From the NCBI GenBank assembly GCA_041661045.1, contig JBAZVE010000001.1, forward strand, positions 240,001 to 272,000: a stretch of DNA of 32,000 nt, read 5' to 3'. A model generated the notes under the pieces. The model was not told the DNA's origin. It searched no databases and worked only from the letters and a program-made list of their open reading frames with translations. This DNA is from Candidatus Saccharimonadota bacterium (lineage in GTDB: Bacteria; Patescibacteriota; Gracilibacteria; UBA1369; 2-02-FULL-48-14). The translations under genes and the position numbers were made by a program. Shown here piece after piece: positions 1-8,241 of this stretch. How positions within the stretch are numbered: position 1 is the stretch's first letter; each line of letters opens with the position of its first letter.

Positions 1-1542
1 GGTGAGTACTTTTTCTTCGTATTCCTTGAGCTCCGGCGTGATGAACCGTTCGCCGTTCACCAAGGTTTGCTTGCGGATGTAATGCGGCGGCACTTGATCG
101 AGCTTGCCCCGGCTGATTTCAATATAATAGCCAAACACTCGGTTAAAACTCACCTTCAGCGTGCTGATTCCGGTGGCGGCAATTTCCTCTTGTTCGATGC
201 GGCGGAGCGCGGAGCGGGCATCTTTCATGAGTCCGTGGAGCTCATCGAGGCCCGGATGAAAACCGGTTTTTATAATTCCTCCTTCCGTGAGGCGGAGCGG
301 CGGCGTGTCCACAATGGCGCTTTGAATGAGTGCCACGAGTTCATCCAGAGGCTTGAGCTTGCCTCGAAGTTCGGCGAGGAGCGGAGCCTGCGCTCCACCC
401 AGGACGGCTTGAATTTTTGGGATCCGCCCTAGGGCTTGGGCCAGGCCCCCTAAATCTCGAGCATTTCCGGTGGCTCCGCTGAGGCGCCCCGTGAGTCTTT
501 CTAAATCTCCCAATCCCTCTATGCCGTCTTCGAGCCCGGCACGGAGCTCTTCATCTTTCACCAAGTTTTCCACACTGCCCAAGCGCTCTTCAATGGCCTC
601 TTTTTTGAGCAGCGGCCGTGCAATCCATTGGCGCAGCAGTCGCCCTCCCATTGAGGTCTGGGTTTGATCCAGAACTGAAAGCAGCGTTCCCTCCTCATGT
701 TCCCCTCTCAACGGAGAAAAAAGCTCCAAATTGCGGATGGTTGCTTCGTCCAAAGGCATAAAAGACTCCCGATGATACGCTTGAATGCGGTCGATGTGGC
801 TGAGCCCTTCCTTTTGGGTGTCGATGAGGTAGCGGAGCAAAATCCCGGAGGCCTGAATGGCAAAGGGCAAATTCGCGATCCCAAAGAGTTCCAGGGTTGT
901 GATTTTAAAACTTCGGGTCAATAAAATGTGAGCTTCTTCATAAAAATTGCAGGAAGAAATGGGGGCTTCCCCGAGCTCCGCCAAGGCCGCCCGAAGTACC
1001 GGATCTTCATAATCTTCTCGCCTCAGCACTATTTCCGCCGGTTGGAGCCGCAAAAACTCTGTTCGCAGTGCCTCCTCCCCCTGAAATTCCGCCGCATAAA
1101 ATTCCCCCGTGCTCAAATCGGCAAAGGCCAATCCAAAATAATCTTTTTTGGGGAAAAGCGCGCAAATAAAACGACTCCGCTTGTTTTCCAAAACCTGCTC
1201 GCTGGTGGTGGTTCCCGGCGTGATGACGCGGATCACTTTTCGGTCCACAATTCCCGGCAAACTCGGGTCCGTCATCTGTTCACAAATCGCCACTTTTTTC
1301 CCCGCCTTGGTGAGCCGCGCGATGTAATTTTCCGCACTGTGATAAGGCACGCCGCACATGGGCAAAGGGTTTTCACTTTTTTTGTCCCGCGAGGTTAGCG
1401 TGATCTCCAAAATCTTGGATGCCTCGAGCGCGTCAGAGCCGAACATTTCGTAAAAATCCCCCAAACGAAAAAACAAAATCGCGCCCGGATACTGCGCCTT
1501 TATGGCTTGATACTGCTGCATCATGGGGGTCGCTTCGCTCAT
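1..1542 (-). CDS. mutS: DNA mismatch repair protein MutS, N-terminal 514 aa (3' end runs off the left edge of the window)
   Basis: Absent from the ORF track because it has no stop in the window. Manual reverse-strand translation from ATG at 1542 gives MSEATPMMQQYQAIKAQYPGAILFFRLGDFYEMFGSDALEASKILEITLTSRDK..PMCGVPYHSAENYIARL, the canonical MutS mismatch-binding N-terminus. The frame stays open to position 1. The + strand ORFs 67-1398 are its shadows. Confidence 0.9.
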   Translation of the reverse strand, partial: MSEATPMMQQYQAIKAQYPGAILFFRLGDFYEMFGSDALEASKILEITLTSRDKKSENPLPMCGVPYHSAENYIARLTKAGKKVAICEQMTDPSLPGIVDRKVIRVITPGTTTSEQVLENKRSRFICALFPKKDYFGLAFADLSTGEFYAAEFQGEEALRTEFLRLQPAEIVLRREDYEDPVLRAALAELGEAPISSCNFYEEAHILLTRSFKITTLELFGIANLPFAIQASGILLRYLIDTQKEGLSHIDRIQAYHRESFMPLDEATIRNLELFSPLRGEHEEGTLLSVLDQTQTSMGGRLLRQWIARPLLKKEAIEERLGSVENLVKDEELRAGLEDGIEGLGDLERLTGRLSGATGNARDLGGLAQALGRIPKIQAVLGGAQAPLLAELRGKLKPLDELVALIQSAIVDTPPLRLTEGGIIKTGFHPGLDELHGLMKDARSALRRIEQEEIAATGISTLKVSFNRVFGYYIEISRGKLDQVPPHYIRKQTLVNGERFITPELKEYEEKVLT

Positions 1543-1551
1543 GTCCGCATG

Positions 1552-2070
1552 CTAGCGATGCTTGCGGGCGCGCGCAAGGCCACAAAAGGCTCCCAATCCC
1601 GCAAGAATTCCCGCGACTGCCCAAAAAACCGTGAAATCTTTTTGAACTTCCGGGGCTGGAGTCGCCTGGAGTCCCTCCAAAACTTCTTTATTTTCTTCGT
1701 ATAGTAGTGTGATCACTCCGCACGCCTGTCTCACCGAGGTGTAAAAATCCTCCCTTTTTTTAAGGAAAATAATATAGTCCTGATCATCTGTAATCACCAC
1801 ACCGTACTCGCAATCAGCGGTGAAACTTTCCACCCTAATGGGGTTCTCCGTGAGTTCTCCCTTAAAGATTTCTTTTGCCGTGATTTCTATGATCTGCGGG
1901 TATTCTTCTTTGCTTGCGTCGCTTCGCGTTCCCACAATAATCAAATCGCTGGCCTCCATGGTTTCCTCAAGGCCCAAGACTCTATCCGTTGGGCACTCTT
2001 CACACGCCCGAGCCGAAGGAACGGTCCACAAGAGTGTAAGCAAAGCCGTCGTTAGAAGTGTTTTGCGCAT
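1552..2070 (-). CDS. Hypothetical exported protein with N-terminal signal peptide and C-terminal TM anchor plus basic tail
   Basis: ORF 1552..2124, trimmed to internal ATG MRKTLLTTALLTLLWTVPSARA (signal-peptide-like). C-terminus is FWAVAGILAGLGAFCGLARARKHR. It ends 10 nt upstream of the mutS start, so is probably co-transcribed. No family recognised. Confidence 0.6.
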   Translation of the reverse strand: MRKTLLTTALLTLLWTVPSARACEECPTDRVLGLEETMEASDLIIVGTRSDASKEEYPQIIEITAKEIFKGELTENPIRVESFTADCEYGVVITDDQDYIIFLKKREDFYTSVRQACGVITLLYEENKEVLEGLQATPAPEVQKDFTVFWAVAGILAGLGAFCGLARARKHR

Positions 2071-2077
2071 CGCCTTC

Positions 2078-2106
2078 AGCTTAGAGCCGCTACTCAAGTT
2101 TTGCAA
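2078..2106 (-). promoter_or_regulatory. Sigma70-like promoter for the 2070..1552 / mutS operon
   Basis: On the reverse strand: TTGCAA (2106..2101), 17-nt spacer, TAAGCT (2083..2078). The -10 ends 7 nt before the ATG at 2070. Confidence 0.35.
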
Positions 2107-2172
2107 GATTGCCGTTCTCCCCAAAATCCACTAAAGTACCTGGGACGAATGCCGACTTGGCTTCGCCCCAAT

Positions 2173-2247
2173 GCCTCCGTAGTTCAACGGATAGAACAAA
2201 TCCGTCCTAAGGATAAGATGGTGGTTCAATTCCGCCCGGAGGCACCA
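2173..2247 (+). tRNA. tRNA-Arg (anticodon CCU), CCA-3' encoded
   Basis: Manual cloverleaf. Acceptor GCCTCCG/CGGAGGC. D stem GTTC/GAAC. Anticodon stem with 4 Watson-Crick pairs plus one A.A. Loop GU-CCU-AA, anticodon at 2206-2208. T stem GGTGG/CCGCC with TTCAATT loop. Discriminator A then CCA (2245-2247). Confidence 0.85.
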
Positions 2248-2256
2248 CTGCTCAAC

Positions 2257-2724
2257 TCACCATCTCGCCACAGCGGCCACCGTTAAGGCGGTGGTGAGGA
2301 GGAGGGCGAGGATGAAGAAGGCGCCTGATTGGCGGTTTGGGTTTGTGGGGAGGCGAAAGGCGGCCAGACCCAAGACAAGGTTGAGAGGAATGGTCAGGAA
2401 GACCAGGATTTTTTGGGTTGGGAGGAGGGATTCCGGGGCGATGCTGAGGGGAACGATGGGCACAAGGGCCAGGAAGAAAAAGATCCCGGCGAAGGCTTTT
2501 TGGGGGTTGCGGGTCAGCCAAACGAGGGCATCCACAATTCGGGAGGCGTTCCACACAACGAGTATGCTTACAAGTAAGATTGGGGCTAGGGTCGCGAGGG
2601 CCAAAAGAGGCCATTCACCGGGTGCGGCGCTGCGCCAAGTCTGGAAAACAGTGAAGCCCCCAAAGATGAGGATGAATATGGTGACCTCAAGGACGGAGCG
2701 GAGGCGAGGATCGAGCTTTTTCAT
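2257..2724 (-). CDS. Hypothetical polytopic membrane protein
   Basis: ORF 2257..2802, trimmed to MKKLDPRLRSVLEVTIFILIFGG. It has several hydrophobic helices (ILLVSILVVW, IFFFLALVPIVPL, FFILALLLTTALTVAAV). Divergent from lexA. Confidence 0.6.
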   Translation of the reverse strand: MKKLDPRLRSVLEVTIFILIFGGFTVFQTWRSAAPGEWPLLALATLAPILLVSILVVWNASRIVDALVWLTRNPQKAFAGIFFFLALVPIVPLSIAPESLLPTQKILVFLTIPLNLVLGLAAFRLPTNPNRQSGAFFILALLLTTALTVAAVARW

Positions 2725-2780
2725 AAGGCTATAGTGCAAGGCCGATTTTGTTGTGTCAAGGTAAGTTCGCTTGACGAGAC

Positions 2781-2809
2781 TTGACGGTGAGAGAGTGCTC
2801 ACCTATATT
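2781..2809 (+). promoter_or_regulatory. lexA promoter with an embedded inverted repeat (candidate operator)
   Basis: TTGACG (2781-2786), 17-nt spacer, TATATT (2804-2809). The spacer contains GGTGAG (2786-2791), N6, CTCACC (2798-2803). Confidence 0.45.
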
Positions 2810-2833
2810 GAGGGTACACTCACCTTTCACCCT

Positions 2834-3457
2834 ATGATGACCGCAAAACAAGAAGCCGTGCTCAAGTACATTGAGCAATACCAAATGAAACTCGGAAAAT
2901 CCCCCACACTGAGGGAGATGCGTGAACATTTTGGTGTCAGTAGTGACAATAGTGTGCTCAAACACATCAAAGCTTTGGTGGAGAAGGGGTTTTTAAAAAA
3001 GGATGACACTCCCCGAGGTATCGCGATGCTGGACTCCGTAAAAGAGCGCCTGGAAAGCGCCGGCAATATGTCCCGTATTCCTCTTTTGGGAACTATCCCT
3101 GCCGGAGGTCCTGTGCTCAGCGAAGAGCATGTGTTGGATTACTTTGAGGTTGGGAATGATTTGCTCAAACGGCCTCAGGGCTCCTTTGCCCTTCGTGTCA
3201 GCGGACTCAGCATGATCAATGCCGGAATTTTGGAGGGAGACTTTGTGATCGCCAACCAGGAACTCAAGCCCAAAGATGGAGATATTGTGATTGCACTTGT
3301 GGATGGAAATAATACGGTAAAAAGATACCGAAGCGGCACCGTGGAGGGCAAAGCCAAGGTTTGGCTCGAGGCAGATAATCCTGATTATTCCGATATTCAT
3401 CCTGATGAATATCTCGAAGTGCAAGGCGTGGTTACGGCCGTGATCCGCATGTACTGA
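2834..3457 (+). CDS. lexA: LexA repressor (S24 peptidase, SOS regulator)
   Basis: ORF 2771..3457, trimmed to ATGATG at 2834 (MMTAKQEAVLKYIEQYQ..). It has an N-terminal winged HTH, the cleavage-site region IPAGGPV, the catalytic Ser in GLSM and the catalytic Lys in VKRY. Confidence 0.9.
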   Translation: MMTAKQEAVLKYIEQYQMKLGKSPTLREMREHFGVSSDNSVLKHIKALVEKGFLKKDDTPRGIAMLDSVKERLESAGNMSRIPLLGTIPAGGPVLSEEHVLDYFEVGNDLLKRPQGSFALRVSGLSMINAGILEGDFVIANQELKPKDGDIVIALVDGNNTVKRYRSGTVEGKAKVWLEADNPDYSDIHPDEYLEVQGVVTAVIRMY

Positions 3458-3557
3458 GTCTCCGTCACACCTGTTCATATTTTCTCACCACTCCACCCTA
3501 TGTTTAGTCGTAAAACTCGTAAAAAATTTCACATCTCCACTTCTCGCGTTTATTTTG

Positions 3558-3599
3558 CCGGGAGAAGAAGTCTCATGAGCCGGACTTTTAATTTTTTTA
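3558..3599 (+). terminator. Possible intrinsic terminator downstream of lexA
   Basis: An imperfect hairpin (CCGG..GAGA-AGAAG-TCTC..CCGG) is followed by the T-rich run ACTTTTAATTTTTTT. The stem is irregular, hence low confidence. Confidence 0.3.
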
Positions 3600-3674
3600 T
3601 GCCCTATGCTCAAAAGAGCGGCTATCGTTTAAATCGCTCCGGAGCTTTAATGGCCCTTTAGGCTTTGCTGCAGC

Positions 3675-4280
3675 TTAGATCTTGGGTGCAAGTAAAGCAA
3701 AGTCCATCCGATCTTCAGGTAGGCTTGCCCGACTGTTGATCGAGAATTTCTCGGCGGGGATGACTTCGGTCTTCCCCATTGCCTTCAAAAAGTCTGCGGG
3801 GCCGCCGATGCCGAGTTTGGTGTCGGTGGCTGCAAAAAACATTGGGATGACCATACGAGGCTCAATGGCTTCCACCACTTTTTGAGCCAGCTTGCCATCC
3901 AGCACTTCGGCGCCACCCACGGGAACCATTAAGATGTCCACTTCACCGATTTGATTCACCAATTCTTCAGAGAGTTCGTGCGAAAGTGCGCTGAGGTGAC
4001 AGATCTTGATCCCATCGATCGCGAAAATAAAAATGTTGAGGTTTTCGGCCAAAAGGTTGATGGATTCGATGGCGACGGAGCACACCTCAAACTCACCCGG
4101 CCAATCTAGAACTTTTGGGTTTCCATCCACTTCCGCCAACTCTCCTTCTCCGCTCACTGAAACGATGTCCGCCTTGAGCTTTGGAAGCTTTACTCCCAGC
4201 CCTTCAAAAGGGTCGGTGACGATGGTGGCGTCCTTGCCTTTGATAGTAAAACAGGAATGTCCGTGCCAAATGATATCCAT
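3675..4280 (-). CDS. MBL-fold metal-dependent hydrolase (UPF0173/UlaG-like)
   Basis: MDIIWHGHSCFTIKGKDATIVTDPF.. is the typical N-terminus of the small metallo-beta-lactamase-fold hydrolase family. 201 aa. Confidence 0.85.
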   Translation of the reverse strand: MDIIWHGHSCFTIKGKDATIVTDPFEGLGVKLPKLKADIVSVSGEGELAEVDGNPKVLDWPGEFEVCSVAIESINLLAENLNIFIFAIDGIKICHLSALSHELSEELVNQIGEVDILMVPVGGAEVLDGKLAQKVVEAIEPRMVIPMFFAATDTKLGIGGPADFLKAMGKTEVIPAEKFSINSRASLPEDRMDFALLAPKI

Positions 4281-4299
4281 GAGAAGGGTGTCTAATTAA

Positions 4300-5697
<1,398 letters not shown>

Positions 5698-5723
5698 CAG
5701 GAGCAAACTCGACTTTGTCGAGT

Positions 5724-6177
5724 AATCAAAAACCGACTTTTCTCTCGAGCTATCAGAAGCTATTTTCAGAGCTCTGAGCTCATTGATGAGGGAAAGGTCG
5801 GTCTTGTGAATGGTGACGAACTCCATTCTGTTTTTGTTTTTCATCTGCCTTACTTTGGTCGATTTTAGGGCCGGACCGGGGCTACTCTTGGCGTGGATAC
5901 TAGTCGTTGTGCCGAAGCAGGGAGCGAAGCGAGATCCACAGAGTGGAGGTGAGAATCTATTTCTCGCGGGTGATCTAGTCGAGACCACCAGCATAAAGCA
6001 GAGCCGTTTAAGGTAAAGTAACTTTTTGTTTTTATCTTAGTTTTGAAGGAGCGAGGCGAAAGGCTGTGTTTGTGTTTTTCAGCGTTTCATATCAATATAC
6101 GCAAAGGTCTTTCCGTTATCAAGTTTCTACGCTGGACGCGAACAAGAAATTGTTTCAAGATGGGCTGTTTTAATCTG
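5724..6177. repeat. Direct repeat R, copy A (454 bp, non-coding)
   Basis: Aligned by eye to 7036-7489 (offset 1312). Positions 5724-6159 are identical except for one C/T difference (6114 vs 7426). The last ~18 bp are partially conserved. Confidence 0.95.
5796..5989. ncRNA. Candidate structured RNA core inside repeat copy A (class and strand undetermined)
   Basis: A 10-bp long-range helix (5796-5806 with 5980-5989) encloses at least four well-formed hairpins. There is no credible ORF. See findings. Confidence 0.3.
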
Positions 6178-6994
6178 AACCGAATCCACCAATGATCTCT
6201 TCAGAAAGTTCTTGGATTCTCTCTGGATCCCTTAAAAAGGTGTGGACCCGCTCCCACTCCTCGCCCCTCCTTGCAAGCTTCGCAGACATTTCTTCGATCA
6301 CCCTTCGTTTTCCCGTTTCTACCATTCTCCTAGCAAAGGCTAACTCCATGTCAGGGTGAATTTCAATGAGGGCTTGCTGTGTCTCCTCAGTGAGCCCATT
6401 CAGGAGAGCCTCCATCCTTAGCTCCGTTCCACTCGGTATTCCGTTGGCCCCTTCCTCCTCTAATTCCGCCATCTTTCCATCAAAAAATTCCTGATCCTCT
6501 TCATCCAAACTGAGCACAAATTCAGGTACCGGTTTACACGAGCCGTTAGCCATCTCCTGCATCATTCTCCTTATGAAATTTCTCCGCAAGGCCCGCTCGA
6601 ATCTTAATGTTGCCTCCTCCTCCCCAATGGTTAAAACAAGCAGTAAAAAATAAACTCGCGCGCAAGCTATTGTGGGCACCGGATCACGGTAAAATCCATC
6701 CGGATACACTTTTCCAAAGGCCTCTGAAATCACTCTTGCTAATGCATTCAGCTCTTTCGACATTTCCTTGGCATTTGTGAAGAGGTGAGGCAGTTGATCC
6801 AGAACCACTTCCGGGGCCTCTTCGCTCTTTTCTAAGAGTTCCGGACTCACCTCCAAAAAACCCGCTATCGCATTGGGGTCTATTCTGTCTTTTGTTCCAA
6901 GTATTCCTCCATACGCCAATAGTATCGCCTTGAGATCTCTCAAGAGCTGCGCGTCGAGCCCTTTGCCGTCTTCCGGATGATCAATGTTTGCCAT
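6170..6994 (-). CDS. Hypothetical acidic, predicted all-helical protein (orphan, bracketed by the repeats)
   Basis: A 274-aa ORF starting at ATG with non-repetitive composition. It is the only ORF between the repeats. No family recognised by eye. Confidence 0.65.
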   Translation of the reverse strand: MANIDHPEDGKGLDAQLLRDLKAILLAYGGILGTKDRIDPNAIAGFLEVSPELLEKSEEAPEVVLDQLPHLFTNAKEMSKELNALARVISEAFGKVYPDGFYRDPVPTIACARVYFLLLVLTIGEEEATLRFERALRRNFIRRMMQEMANGSCKPVPEFVLSLDEEDQEFFDGKMAELEEEGANGIPSGTELRMEALLNGLTEETQQALIEIHPDMELAFARRMVETGKRRVIEEMSAKLARRGEEWERVHTFLRDPERIQELSEEIIGGFGSD

Positions 6995-7015
6995 TTAGTC
7001 TTAAAATAAGCTCGT

Positions 7016-7024
7016 ATTTTACCA
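7016..7024 (-). promoter_or_regulatory. Extended -10 element (TGgTAAAAT) upstream of the orphan gene
   Basis: The reverse strand reads TGGTAAAAT, 21 nt upstream of the ATG at 6994, in the unique 41 bp between the gene and repeat copy B. Confidence 0.35.
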
Positions 7025-7035
7025 CAATAGGCGTA

Positions 7036-7489
7036 AATCAAAAACCGACTTTTCTCTCGAGCTATCAGAAGCTATTTTCAGAGCTCTGAGCTCATTGATG
7101 AGGGAAAGGTCGGTCTTGTGAATGGTGACGAACTCCATTCTGTTTTTGTTTTTCATCTGCCTTACTTTGGTCGATTTTAGGGCCGGACCGGGGCTACTCT
7201 TGGCGTGGATACTAGTCGTTGTGCCGAAGCAGGGAGCGAAGCGAGATCCACAGAGTGGAGGTGAGAATCTATTTCTCGCGGGTGATCTAGTCGAGACCAC
7301 CAGCATAAAGCAGAGCCGTTTAAGGTAAAGTAACTTTTTGTTTTTATCTTAGTTTTGAAGGAGCGAGGCGAAAGGCTGTGTTTGTGTTTTTCAGCGTTTC
7401 ATATCAATATACGCAAAGGTCTTTCTGTTATCAAGTTTCTACGCTGGACGCGAACAAGAAATTGTTTCAAGGTCGGCTGTTTGAATCTG
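7036..7489. repeat. Direct repeat R, copy B (454 bp, non-coding)
   Basis: See copy A. It ends 58 nt upstream of the sdaAB start. Confidence 0.95.
7108..7301. ncRNA. Candidate structured RNA core inside repeat copy B
   Basis: Identical in sequence to 5796-5989 (offset 1312). Confidence 0.3.
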
Positions 7490-7507
7490 GTGGCTCTTTT
7501 GGGTTCC

Positions 7508-7536
7508 TTGCTTAAAAAATCCATTTGATTCATAAT
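7508..7536 (+). promoter_or_regulatory. Sigma70-like promoter of the sdaAB operon
   Basis: TTGCTT (7508-7513), 17-nt spacer, CATAAT (7531-7536). The ATG at 7547 lies 10 nt after the -10. No SD. Confidence 0.4.
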
Positions 7537-7546
7537 TCCATTACTT

Positions 7547-8230
7547 ATGAGCACCTTTTCCCTCTTCGACATCGCGGGTCCGATCATGGTGGGGCCTTCC
7601 AGCTCTCACACTGCTGGGGCAGCTAAGATTGGGCAGTTTGCGCGAGCCATTTTTGATGCAACCCCTACTAAAGTGCATTTTTTACTCCATGGATCTTTTG
7701 GAGAGGTTTATAAGGGGCATGCCACAGACCGAGCGCTCTTGGGTGGCGTGATGAAGTTTGCCCCCAACGATGCGCGCATTAAAACTTCTTTTGAAATTGC
7801 GGATGAGAAAGGATTGAAATATGAATTTGAACCTGGAGACTTGGGTGCCGGCCATCATCCCAATTCCGTGCGCATCACCTTGGAAAACGCGAATCGAAAG
7901 ACCGTGGTGATTGGCTCTTCCATTGGAGGGGGTAGCGTGGTGATCGATCAAATCAATGGATTTGATGTGCATTTGACCGGGAATAGCGCGGAACAGTTCT
8001 TCACCCTGGTGGTGGAGAATGAGAATAAACCCGGAATGCTTGCCAAGATCACGAGCTTTTTGGGGGAGAAAAATATTCGGATTGTGAATATGCAAAGTTG
8101 CTATTTAGCGTTTGAAAATAAAGTGCTCAGTGTTTTGAGTATTGAAAAATCCCTGGCGCTTGAAGAGCTTTTGGCGCTTGAAAAAGAAGAGGGGATTTTA
8201 TTTGCCCGCTCGCTCGAAAAACTTTCTTAA
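7547..8230 (+). CDS. sdaAB: L-serine dehydratase, iron-sulfur dependent, beta subunit (with C-terminal ACT-like domain)
   Basis: MSTFSLFDIAGPIMVGPSSSHTAGAAKIG.. is the conserved SDH beta N-terminus. It sits directly upstream of the alpha subunit. Confidence 0.9.
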   Translation: MSTFSLFDIAGPIMVGPSSSHTAGAAKIGQFARAIFDATPTKVHFLLHGSFGEVYKGHATDRALLGGVMKFAPNDARIKTSFEIADEKGLKYEFEPGDLGAGHHPNSVRITLENANRKTVVIGSSIGGGSVVIDQINGFDVHLTGNSAEQFFTLVVENENKPGMLAKITSFLGEKNIRIVNMQSCYLAFENKVLSVLSIEKSLALEELLALEKEEGILFARSLEKLS

Positions 8231-8241
8231 CCCTTTTTGAG

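Noticed and set aside
67-1398. Four + strand ORFs (121, 65, 75 and 156 aa) covering the left end of the window
   Set aside because: They are shadow frames of mutS on the opposite strand. Their products are low-complexity (Ser/Pro/Arg-rich) with no recognisable domains, whereas the reverse frame gives a textbook MutS N-terminus.
2252-2734. Pro/Arg/Gly-rich ORFs (2252-2614 -, 2291-2734 +, 2329-2577 +) overlapping the membrane-protein gene
   Set aside because: These are compositional artefacts of the alternative frames of a hydrophobic membrane-protein gene. Only the 2257-2724 frame gives coherent TM helices.
3500-3661. 53-aa basic ORF (MFSRKTRKKFHISTSRVYFAGRRSL...) in the 217-bp lexA/MBL intergenic region
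   Set aside because: It is below the ORF-track threshold, has no SD or promoter, and the putative lexA terminator lies inside it. Its composition is consistent with a random AT-rich frame. It is not called, but a small-protein search could revisit it.
5796-5990. tmRNA-, tRNA- or SRP-like hints in the repeat: GGUCUUG...CGAGACC-A-CCA looks like an acceptor stem plus ACCA, and the reverse strand contains AAGGCAGAUGA and GGUCCGG as in 4.5S RNA
   Set aside because: There is no T-arm next to the pseudo-acceptor, no G3.U70 pair, no plausible tag ORF ending in hydrophobic-AA, and no GNRA-capped SRP helix 8. These are probably chance matches.
5784-6013. RNase P RNA-like motifs in the repeat: GAGGGAAAGGUCGG resembles CR-I GAGGAAAGUCCGG, and GCAGAGCCGUUUA resembles CR-V ACAGAACCCGGCUUA
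   Set aside because: The two segments do not form a convincing P4 helix (at best 7 bp, with a 3-nt bulge). They are only ~210 nt apart, and I could not find P10-P12 or P15 signatures. A duplicated RNase P gene would also be odd. Only cmscan can settle it, so it is not called.
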